The position numbers and the translations under genes are program-made. From an uncultured Planctomycetaceae bacterium (GTDB taxonomy: Bacteria > Planctomycetota > Planctomycetia > Isosphaerales > Isosphaeraceae), in assembly GCA_963833985.1 (NCBI GenBank), contig CAWIAD010000002.1:3200001-3264000 (forward strand): a stretch of 64,000 bases of DNA, written 5' to 3'. Positions 1 to 7,929 of the stretch are shown here, piece after piece. Below the pieces are notes generated by a model, which saw only the letters and a program-made list of their open reading frames with translations, did not search any database and was not told the DNA's origin. Every line of letters starts with the position of its first letter. Position 1 is the first letter of the stretch.

Positions 1-30
1 AACTCGAGTCCGTTCATTTGTTGGCCACTT

Positions 31-104
31 TAAACGAACTGACACTGATTTTCCCTAAACGAACTGACACTGATTTTCCTCTCTCTGATTTCCCTCTGAT
101 TTCC
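31..104. repeat. Short direct repeats: TAAACGAACTGACACTGATTTTCC x2 and CTCTGATTTCC x2
   Basis: Copies read directly at 31-54 and 56-79, then 83-93 and 94-104. Confidence 0.8.
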
Positions 105-146
105 CTTCAGGCTAAGTCGACCAAGGGAGACAGGAGAGGCAAAGTC

Positions 147-155
147 TGCTAGAAT
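147..155 (+). promoter_or_regulatory. Possible extended -10 promoter (TGcTAGAAT) for the toxin-antitoxin operon
   Basis: TGn plus TAGAAT about 40 nt upstream of ATG 195. Confidence 0.3.
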
Positions 156-194
156 GGCCACAATGGCGGCGTAAACACGTGCAAGGATCGAACG

Positions 195-551
195 ATGACG
201 CATAACGAATTCAACCATCTCCTGGGCAGCATCAAAGCCCTGTCGCCGGAGCAGATGCGGCAGCTTCGCCAGCAGATCGACAGCGAACTCGCTCATGATG
301 TTCCGCGTTCCGGGAGGCCGCCGAAGAAACCGCCTGCCCAGGCGTCCGGCAAGGGAGCCAAACGCGCCAAGGCCGCTCCGCAGTCGGCGAAGAAGCCGAT
401 GACCAAGGACGAATTCCACCGCCACCTGATCGAGATCGGCCTGATGAGCCAGCTCCCCGATACCGCCGCCGATTTTGACGATCCCGCCGACGAGCCGATC
501 CCCATCAAGGGAGAGCCCTTGTCGGAAACCGTCATCCGCGAGCGGCGGTGA
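195..551 (+). CDS. Putative VapB-type antitoxin
   Basis: 118 aa, ends in PLSETVIRERR, a tail typical of antitoxins of PIN toxins; AAGGA RBS; stop lies 1 nt before the PIN gene start. Confidence 0.7.
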   Translation: MTHNEFNHLLGSIKALSPEQMRQLRQQIDSELAHDVPRSGRPPKKPPAQASGKGAKRAKAAPQSAKKPMTKDEFHRHLIEIGLMSQLPDTAADFDDPADEPIPIKGEPLSETVIRERR

Positions 552-552
552 G

Positions 553-1017
553 ATGGCGGATTTTTTTTTCGACACGTCCGGCCTGGTCAAGCGCCATGTG
601 ATCGAGGTCGGAAGCGCCTGGGTTCGCTCCCTGGTCCACGCCAAGGCGGCCCATGACCTCTATATCGCCCGCGTCACCGCCGTCGAGGTCACGTCCGCGA
701 TCACTCGCCGGCAGCACAGCGGTCATCTTTCGCGCGCTCAGGCCGACGCGATGCTCGGGCATTTCCGTCGGCATCTCGCCCAGCGCTATCACATCCTCGA
801 GCTGACACCCGCCCTGTTCGATCAGGCAATGCAGGCGGCGCGGAAGCATCGGCTCAGGGCCTACGATGCCGTCCAGCTGGCCGTCGTCCTCGGTTTGCAC
901 CAGCGCCACCAGGATGTTGGCTTAGGGGCGGTGACGCTGATATCCGCCGACCAGACACTCAACGGCGCCGCGACCGCCGAAGGGCTGACCGTGGACGATC
1001 CGCGGACCCATCCCTGA
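553..1017 (+). CDS. vapC: PIN-domain (VapC family) toxin
   Basis: Start at ATG 553 (MADFFFDTSGLVKRH); PIN acidic motifs DTS, VEVTSA, LRAYDAVQLA, SADQ. Confidence 0.85.
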   Translation: MADFFFDTSGLVKRHVIEVGSAWVRSLVHAKAAHDLYIARVTAVEVTSAITRRQHSGHLSRAQADAMLGHFRRHLAQRYHILELTPALFDQAMQAARKHRLRAYDAVQLAVVLGLHQRHQDVGLGAVTLISADQTLNGAATAEGLTVDDPRTHP

Positions 1018-1059
1018 GCCGTCAGCAGGAGGAAAAAGAGGAAAAAGGAAAAAAAGGAC

Positions 1060-1563
1060 ATGCAACGCAGTCTTCCCCTAGAAGTGCCCGAGGCGAGCCC
1101 GCACACGTCGATCAAGGAGCGGGTCGAGCACGTTCAGGAGCAGGGGCGAGCCGAGGACCTGAAAGCCGCAAAGGCCGGCAGTGTGGCGGGGTCGCAGGCG
1201 GCGGAGGGACTGGAAGAGGGTCTGTGGCTGTGCCCGATCGAGGACCGCAGGAGGCTGGACTCGGGCCGCGGTCGCGGTCGCGAAGGGATGGTCGAGGGGT
1301 TCTCGCTGGGGAGCTACCTGCTGCTGGTGGACTACACCGGGCGGCTGTATCGCGAGGGGAAGGCGGCGGTCTCGGCGGAGCTGGCGGGGATCCTGGAGCG
1401 GCTGGGGAGCAATGCCGAGAGCTGGGATGCGCGCCTGCTGAAGCTGGCGGGTGGGCGGCTGCTGGGAAGGTTCTTCGCCGCGAGCCGGGAGCGGCTGCGA
1501 GACGTGGCCGGGCGGCTGGGCCGGCATCATCTGGCGAACCTGGGCGGGTGCGCGGTGAGGTGA
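1060..1563 (+). pseudogene. Probable C-terminal remnant of a REP-associated tyrosine transposase (RAYT/IS200-like)
   Basis: WLCPIEDRRRLDS..REGMVEGFSLGSYLLLVDYTGRLYREGKA resembles planctomycete RAYT C-termini as I recall them; no HUH motif in the ORF; preceded by an A-rich GGAAAAA run. Confidence 0.5.
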
Positions 1564-1663
1564 CGACGAGGCGGTGATACGCGTGATGCGGCGCGGTGCC
1601 CGAGACGCTGGTCGGACTCACGCCCGAGGTTGGGGGCTGCGCCCGTGAAAACCACGTGCTCAC

Positions 1664-1757
1664 GCACGTGGCCATGCGCCGCGGACTCCCAGGGCGCACG
1701 CGCACATGGCCATGCGCCGCGAACGCCAGGGCGCTGGAGCACGTGGCCATCCGCCGC
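1664..1757. repeat. About 38-bp degenerate tandem repeat, 2.5 copies (core GCACGTGGCCATGCGCCGC)
   Basis: Cores start at 1664, 1702 and 1739; CCAGGGCGC also recurs in the linkers. Confidence 0.7.
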
Positions 1758-1865
1758 TGGGTTGGCATCACCGGGCGTATCAAGGGGGCGCCGCTGTTCG
1801 CGGCCGGCGATCGATCCTAGAATACAGGTCTACCGGATCATTGACCATTCTGGGGGGGACCGAGG

Positions 1866-3380
1866 TTGAAAGTTCTGGTGATCGGCAAGGGAGGGCGCGA
1901 GCACGCCCTTTGCTGGAAGCTCAAGCAATCGCCGCGGGTCAGCGCGGTCTTCTGCGCTCCGGGCAACGCGGGTACGGCCATGGAAGTGCAAAACGTGCCC
2001 ATCGAGCCGGGCGACCAGCGCGGTCTCCTCCAGTTTGCCCGGCGTGAGGCAATCGGGCTGACCGTGGTAGGTCCCGAAGAGCCGCTCGCCCGGGGAATTG
2101 TTGACGTGTTCCAGCGCGACGGCCAGCGCATCTTCGGTCCGCGGCAGGACGCGGCCGAGCTGGAGGGCTCCAAGGTGTTTGCCAAGGACCTGATGCGTCA
2201 GGCCGGGATTCCCACGGCCGATTACCGGGTTTTCCGCTCGGGGCCGGACGCCGAGCACTACATCTTCTCTCGTGAGGTCTCGCTGGTGGTGCGGTCGCGC
2301 GGACGGTCGACCATTCGCCACACGCTGCATTGCCGGACGGCCGGCGAGACCATCGAAGCGATCGAGCGCATCCTCGACCCGCGCGAGATGCTCAGCCCGG
2401 GGGTCCAGGTGGAGATCGAGGAGCGAGGGCATCGCCGCGTCTTCGACACAGCCGCGGACGCCCGCGACTTCGTCCTGGGCAGGCCGCTGGGCCTGGTGCT
2501 CAAGGCCGACGGACTGGCCGCCGGCAAGGGCGTGTACGTTTGTAGCAACCTGCGCCAGGCACTCGAGGCGATCGATCAGATCATGGTCCGGCGCATCTTT
2601 GGCCAGGCCGGCGACCGGCTGGTCGTCGAGGAGCGACTCGACGGTCAGGAGACGAGCATCCAGGCGCTCACCGACGGCCGCACGATCGTGCCGCTGGAAT
2701 CCAGTCAGGACTACAAGCGCGCATTCGACCACGACGAGGGCCCGAACACCGGCGGGATGGGCGCCTACTCGCCGTCAGCCCGCGTGACGCCGCGACTCAT
2801 GGAAGACATCGAGCGGGAGATCCTGGTGCCCGCTGTCCATGCGCTGAAGCGTGCGCGCCGACCGTTCCGGGGCGTCCTCTACGCCGGCCTGATGCTTACC
2901 AACCAGGGTCCCAAGGTGCTGGAATTCAACGTCCGCTTTGGCGACCCGGAGACGCAGGTCATGCTCATGCGTCTCAAGTCCGATCTGCTCGACGCCCTCG
3001 AAGCCGTGGTCGAGGAGCGGCTCGATTCCGTCGCCTTGGAGTGGGACGAGCGGCCGTCGGTGACCGTCGTCATGGCCTCGGACGGATACCCCGGCCATTA
3101 CGAGCGCGATCATCCCATCGAGAACCTGGAAGCCGTTGCCGGGATGCCCGACGTCAAGGTGTTCCACGCCGGCACGACCCTGCGCGTGGACGCCGCGGCC
3201 GCGGACAGCCGAGAGCCGCGTATCGTAAGCGACGGCGGCCGCGTGCTGAACGTCACCGCGCTGGGTGCCAATCTTGCCGAGGCGCGTGACCGGGCGTACC
3301 AGGCCGCACGCCTGATTCGCTTTCCCGGAGGCTACTTTCGCCATGATATCGCCGCCCGTGAAGCGGCCGGCGAGCACTGA
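1866..3380 (+). CDS. purD: Phosphoribosylamine-glycine ligase with a duplicated B (lid) domain
   Basis: MKVLVIGKGGREHAL, APGNAG, LEGSKVFAK, KADGLAAGKGV, QDYKR..GPNTGGMGAYSP, EFNVRFGDPE, GGRVL; TTG start; 504 aa, longer than usual. Confidence 0.97.
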   Translation: MKVLVIGKGGREHALCWKLKQSPRVSAVFCAPGNAGTAMEVQNVPIEPGDQRGLLQFARREAIGLTVVGPEEPLARGIVDVFQRDGQRIFGPRQDAAELEGSKVFAKDLMRQAGIPTADYRVFRSGPDAEHYIFSREVSLVVRSRGRSTIRHTLHCRTAGETIEAIERILDPREMLSPGVQVEIEERGHRRVFDTAADARDFVLGRPLGLVLKADGLAAGKGVYVCSNLRQALEAIDQIMVRRIFGQAGDRLVVEERLDGQETSIQALTDGRTIVPLESSQDYKRAFDHDEGPNTGGMGAYSPSARVTPRLMEDIEREILVPAVHALKRARRPFRGVLYAGLMLTNQGPKVLEFNVRFGDPETQVMLMRLKSDLLDALEAVVEERLDSVALEWDERPSVTVVMASDGYPGHYERDHPIENLEAVAGMPDVKVFHAGTTLRVDAAAADSREPRIVSDGGRVLNVTALGANLAEARDRAYQAARLIRFPGGYFRHDIAAREAAGEH

Positions 3381-3394
3381 CCCTTGGACCGGGT

Positions 3395-5269
3395 TTACTT
3401 CTTCCGCGCAGGGCCCTTGGGCAGCGTCACGGAATTGTCGATCTTGAAGAGCCCCGCCAGCGAGCTCTGGGAACGTCCGTAATGGACGGGAGACTTGTAC
3501 GGCGCCTGGGGAACGTTCGGCGGCACCACCGGCAGATGAGTGAGGTACACCTGCTTGGCGAAGAACGCCGAGGTCGACGGGATATTCGGGTCGACCAGGG
3601 GGCTGGTTCCCTGCTGCAAGCCCGTGTTATTCACCTGGCCTTCCACCTTCACGCTGAGCACTCCCCTGGGCAGGATGATGTTTTCTGGCGCTCCGAAGGG
3701 GAACGTGGTGCTGGTGAGCTGCTGGAACTGACCCGGGTTGTTGACGCCCGAAGGATTGGGATCGACCGACACGGAGATGATCGAGTTGGTCACGTTGCCG
3801 GCGATCCGGCCGTGGATCTCGCCTCCGCCATGTGCCAGCGGACTGTACGTGGCCTGGTTCAAGAGGGCGTTCGAGATCCGGTTGAAGATCGTCGGGGGCG
3901 CCTCACCGTTGAAGACTCCGCCGGCCGGTACGGTCTGACCCTGGATGGACGTGACCGGGGAGTTCGCAACGGCCGAGAGCTCCTGGTCGTAGCCAGACTG
4001 GATGAAGCTGTTGATGACGTCGCCGCCCATCACCATGTTGCCGATATTCCGCTTCACGGTGACGGCCGACCCGACGGCGCCCCGGTTGGCCTGGAGGTTC
4101 TGGATGAAGGCGGTGTTGATGTAGGTGTTGTCCATGCCCTGGCCGAAGTAGATGTTCCTGGACCCGGCCGGCGCGACAAGGATGACGTTCTGCGTCTGGC
4201 CGCCGATGAAGAAGTTGCTCACCTGCGGCCCGGAAATCGGGTCGGCGGACGGGAATGTGAACAGGTCGGTATCCATGGCCATGGCGGTGAAGTTGGTGAC
4301 ATTGCCGCCAATGCGCACGTCGCCGATCTGACCGGTCGTCACGCCGCCGCCGACGTCGGAAACGAGGTAGGTACCGCCGGGCAACTGGCTGGTTGTGGTG
4401 GACGTGGGTGCAGTAAACTGCGTGGGTGTCAACCCTGATCCGGTGGACCCGTCGATCTCGTTCGCCTGGAACAGGTCGATCCGGCCGTTGACCACGAAGC
4501 TGACGCTGTCCTGAAAGGTTGTCGTCGTGGTTCCTGAGGTGCTCGAGCTGCCGTCGGTGATGACCTTGTTGACGATGATGCTGGTGCCGCTGACAATCGG
4601 CGGGCCCAGGTTGATGATGAATTCATTATTCTGGTTGGTCTTGTTCAGCGGGGTTCCGCCGGCTGGCGTGTACGTCGTGTCGACGCCTCCAAAACGAAGC
4701 GTGTTGATTCCTTCCGGCGCCTCGATACCGCCGGCCAGCTTGAACGGTGTAGAGCCAATGACGCCGGCAACGGAGTGGTAATTCGAGTTCGCCGTTGGCG
4801 CCGTGCCGCTGGTATCGCCCAGCCAGAAATTCGGCATGTCGACGGCGGCGATGCCGTTCTGCGGCGCAGCCGCCTTGGGCCGCACCAGCGCGGTATTGAG
4901 CTCCGGGTACGCACCCGTGTTGTTGACATTGAGCTGCTGGAAGAACACGCGGCCATCGGAGCCTGTAGGAACATAGGTGACCTTGCCGACCAGCCGGCTC
5001 TGGGACGTGACCGTGCCGGACACCGTGATCAGGTAGATGTCATTCGGCGTGTACTGGTTGGCCTTGGTGAAAGCCACACCGCTTTTGTCCACAACATTCA
5101 GGGTTCCCGGACCGTAGAGCGTCAGTGTCCACCTGTCGCCCTTGCTGTCTGTCCCGGAGACCGTGGCGGAGGGCACGGTCGAGAGCGAAGAAAGCAACTG
5201 GCGGGTTTCCAGGCTCTCGGCCAAGGGTCGAAGAGACCTCCTCGCTGGCGCCGGCTTTCGCGTCGACAT
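3395..5269 (-). CDS. Secreted/surface beta-rich protein with planctomycete extracellular N-terminal motif
   Basis: RRSLRPLAESLETRQLLS motif; Thr/Ser/Gly/Asn-rich body; basic C-terminal end. Confidence 0.8.
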   Translation of the reverse strand: MSTRKPAPARRSLRPLAESLETRQLLSSLSTVPSATVSGTDSKGDRWTLTLYGPGTLNVVDKSGVAFTKANQYTPNDIYLITVSGTVTSQSRLVGKVTYVPTGSDGRVFFQQLNVNNTGAYPELNTALVRPKAAAPQNGIAAVDMPNFWLGDTSGTAPTANSNYHSVAGVIGSTPFKLAGGIEAPEGINTLRFGGVDTTYTPAGGTPLNKTNQNNEFIINLGPPIVSGTSIIVNKVITDGSSSTSGTTTTTFQDSVSFVVNGRIDLFQANEIDGSTGSGLTPTQFTAPTSTTTSQLPGGTYLVSDVGGGVTTGQIGDVRIGGNVTNFTAMAMDTDLFTFPSADPISGPQVSNFFIGGQTQNVILVAPAGSRNIYFGQGMDNTYINTAFIQNLQANRGAVGSAVTVKRNIGNMVMGGDVINSFIQSGYDQELSAVANSPVTSIQGQTVPAGGVFNGEAPPTIFNRISNALLNQATYSPLAHGGGEIHGRIAGNVTNSIISVSVDPNPSGVNNPGQFQQLTSTTFPFGAPENIILPRGVLSVKVEGQVNNTGLQQGTSPLVDPNIPSTSAFFAKQVYLTHLPVVPPNVPQAPYKSPVHYGRSQSSLAGLFKIDNSVTLPKGPARKK

Positions 5270-5715
5270 GGATCTGACACCTTATTCCAGGAAGCGGGGC
5301 CGGCCGACCGACCGAGCGCATCGCTCGAACATCGATTGAGGCTCGACCTGATCCATTTCTCCCAGGGAAACGCCCGCGGATCAGGGATACCTTTTGCACG
5401 CAACGATGATTGTGTGCGATCTTGACGGGCACTCTTCGTGTCCGGAGAAATGGTGGACGTTCTTAGAGAATCGGCCACGGGATCGGAATCCTTGAGAAAT
5501 TCGTTAGAATTGTTCCAGTCCCTACAGCCCCGACAACCGGAAGTCTTTTTCTGGAGCAACGATCCGTGCGTTGGCGGAGTCGCGGGAAAGAATGGATTTA
5601 GATCCCGCAAGCGGATCAATCGCGACCGATGCCGGTTGCTGCCTGCACGCCGCAGCCACTGTCGATGCGCAACTTTTGTCGCGGACCTTTCACGGTCCTG
5701 ACTGGACGGTCCATC

Positions 5716-6141
5716 ATGCCCAAGCCTGCAAATACGCGACGTCGGCCTTCGGTTCACATCACCTTGCAACGTGCGGCAAGACTCCATCGGCTGGTCTGGT
5801 TCCTGGCTGATACCGCCCGGACAAGGGACGCGATCCTGACCCATCTGAACATCGGATTGAGAACCTTCTACCGCGAGCTCGAGCTATTCAAGCGTTGCGG
5901 CATCAAGGTCCGGCACCGCAACAAGCAGTACGCGCTGGTGGCCACCGCCACGCAGGCCGAGGGGCGGTTGCCGTTTCCCGACCCCCAGCTCAGCTTTGCG
6001 GAAATGGTCGAACTGGCGGCCTGCTCCTGTGACGCGGGCCGGCGCCTTGCCGAACTGCTGGCCGCGGTTGTCAACGAGCCGGTCCCCGTGAAGAAGGGAA
6101 CAGGGCATTCACGCCGGAAAAAATCGGATACGAAGAAGTGA
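5716..6141 (+). CDS. Small winged-HTH DNA-binding protein
   Basis: RAARLHRLV..TRDAILTHLNIGLRTFYRELELF matches HTH_11/DeoR-type helices (RTFYRE/D); no C-terminal WYL domain seen. Confidence 0.65.
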   Translation: MPKPANTRRRPSVHITLQRAARLHRLVWFLADTARTRDAILTHLNIGLRTFYRELELFKRCGIKVRHRNKQYALVATATQAEGRLPFPDPQLSFAEMVELAACSCDAGRRLAELLAAVVNEPVPVKKGTGHSRRKKSDTKK

Positions 6142-6302
6142 TCCGACTCCGGAAACCGGGTGCCACCACCTTGATACAGCCGAGAACGAAATCGAGTTCA
6201 GACGTGATCTAGACTTGAAAAAATGGCACCTCGTCGTTTTCCGAACTCGGCATATCGGAACGGGAATCACTCATTCACGGCTGGTCGGACGGAAACAGCC
6301 TG

Positions 6303-7286
6303 ATGAACTCCATGGCGCAAACGGCGACTGCTCTCCCCGGCCCGGATCAACCGGAACCCGCAACGCACGGCCCCGCGGATCTTGAACCACCCATTCTCGT
6401 TGATTTCTTCAAGAAGATGCTCGACGAGCTCTACGACGGTGTCTACTTCGTCGATACCAGGCGGCGGATTCTCTACTGGAACGACGGCGCAGAGCGGATC
6501 TCGGGCCATGCTGCGTCCGAAGTCGTGGGGAGCTTCTGCTTCGACAACATTCTGGATCATACCGACCCAACCGGTTGCCACCTTTGCCAGGACCGCTGTC
6601 CTCTGGTCGCCAGCATCCAGACCAGGTCGCAACACTGCAAGCGGGTTTTCCTCAGGCACAAGAATGGCGGACGTGTGCCGGTCGAGGTACGCACGTCTCC
6701 CGTGACCGACGACTGCGGCAGGGTGGTTGGAGCGGTGGAGATCTTCCGTGACGCCGGAGTGGACCTGGCGCTGGAGTCGGCATACCGTTCGGCGCGGGAA
6801 CTAGCGGAGCGCGATCCACTGACCGGACTGGCCAACAGGCACTCCCTGACCGCGTTCGTCACCGAGCAGGTGATGCTCTGCCGCCATTCGGGCCGCCGGT
6901 TCTCGGTTATCATGGTCGACCTCGACCATTTCAAGGAAATCAACGATTCCCTTGGCCATCCCGCAGGGGATACCGTGCTGGTCGGTATCGCCAGGCTGCT
7001 GCTGAGCGCCTGCCGCGATACGGATCTCGCCGGGCGCTACGGAGGCGACGAGTTCCTGGTGCTCCTGCCCAACACCGGCCTGGACTTCGCGACCGCCATC
7101 GCGGAGCGAATTCGAGCGGGGATCATGGACTCCAGTCGCTCAGGGAACGCGAGCCTGCCAGGCTTATCGGCGAGCATCGGGGTTGCCGAGACGACCCCCG
7201 CGGATAGCTGGGACTCGCTGATCGCACGCGCCGATGCCGCCCTCTACCGCGCCAAGCACCAAGGCCGCAACTGCGTCCGCTCGTAA
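6303..7286 (+). CDS. PAS-GGDEF diguanylate cyclase
   Basis: PAS (DGVYFVD..WNDGAERISG), DPLTGLANR, DLDHFKEINDSLGHPAGD, RxxD I-site (RDTD) and intact RYGGDEF. Confidence 0.95.
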   Translation: MNSMAQTATALPGPDQPEPATHGPADLEPPILVDFFKKMLDELYDGVYFVDTRRRILYWNDGAERISGHAASEVVGSFCFDNILDHTDPTGCHLCQDRCPLVASIQTRSQHCKRVFLRHKNGGRVPVEVRTSPVTDDCGRVVGAVEIFRDAGVDLALESAYRSARELAERDPLTGLANRHSLTAFVTEQVMLCRHSGRRFSVIMVDLDHFKEINDSLGHPAGDTVLVGIARLLLSACRDTDLAGRYGGDEFLVLLPNTGLDFATAIAERIRAGIMDSSRSGNASLPGLSASIGVAETTPADSWDSLIARADAALYRAKHQGRNCVRS

Positions 7287-7328
7287 GCGGAACGAAGCGC
7301 CGGGGCATGCTCTGCTTTCTTTTTTGAA

Positions 7329-7727
7329 TGACCGGGGAGGGGCTCGAACCCTCGACCAACGGATTAACTTGCCTCATCGGCTTTCACCGACCACCCTGAC
7401 CGCATCGAGCTGGCGCACGTATCGCGGACAGGATGTTGATGGTCTGGACTATCTCTTCGCCATCGCAGGCGTGCCGCGTCTAGTCTCTGGGGCCGGGGCC
7501 GGTGCTCCACCGGTCCCTTGCCTGCTGATTACCCAATCCCCCTGCTTTTCAGGCCATCACGCTCGCCGTTGCCGGCCACGTTGTGGCGAGTGGGCTCTGA
7601 GGGCGTCCCAGCATACTGCGGCATCCACTCGTCGCGGTTCCGCTTCTTCCCGCGCGAGGCTCCGAACGGCGCGTCCCTTTCAAGAAGCGCTCGAAGTCCG
7701 TTGCTCTACCGACTGAGCTACCCGGTC
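7329..7727 (-). tRNA. trnK: tRNA-Lys(UUU) interrupted by a group I intron; exons 7694-7727 (nt 1-34) and 7329-7367 (nt 35-73)
   Basis: Joined exons give GACCGGG TA GCTC AGTCGGTA GAGC A ACGGA CT TTT AA TCCGT TGGTC GAGGG TTCGAGC CCCTC CCCGGTC A: all four stems pair, 73 nt, discriminator A, CCA not encoded. Confidence 0.9.
7368..7693 (-). ncRNA. Group I self-splicing intron (IC-like, 326 nt, no homing endonuclease)
   Basis: P UAUGCUGGGAC (7605-7615), Q AAUCAGCAGG (7521-7530), R CAGAGACUAGA (7479-7489), S AAGAGAUAGUCC (7446-7457); P3 UGCCGC/GCGGCA; P7 GACUA/UAGUC; 5' exon ends in U; intron ends in G. Confidence 0.92.
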
Positions 7728-7929
7728 CGGGATCGATCAGACACTCCTACGTTAAGCTCCGGCGTCGCGTTCGTCCAGTCTCCAGACACCCGTCCTCCTG
7801 GCTGACTGCTCGCTCTTCCACCCGGAGGGGTGCTTTTTCTTTGGAGAGGCGCAACAGCCCTGGTATGTTCGCGAGTGAGGCACCCAGGGTCGGAATCGCG
7901 GTCAGAACAATGTCGTTAGGAGCCAGGCC

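Noticed and set aside
1664..1757. Mini-CRISPR
   Set aside because: Only 2.5 degenerate units, and the linkers share sequence.
7290..7330. Genomic island integrated at the tRNA 3' end
   Set aside because: No integrase and no duplicated tRNA 3' fragment seen in this window.
7329..7727. Reading the split tRNA as tRNA-Asn(GUU) with the intron after U33
   Set aside because: The intron would end in A rather than the required G, and the discriminator is A (Lys) rather than G (Asn).
7234..7805. ORFs overlapping the intron as a homing endonuclease
   Set aside because: No LAGLIDADG, GIY-YIG or HNH motif; they lie on the opposite strand and cross the tRNA exons.
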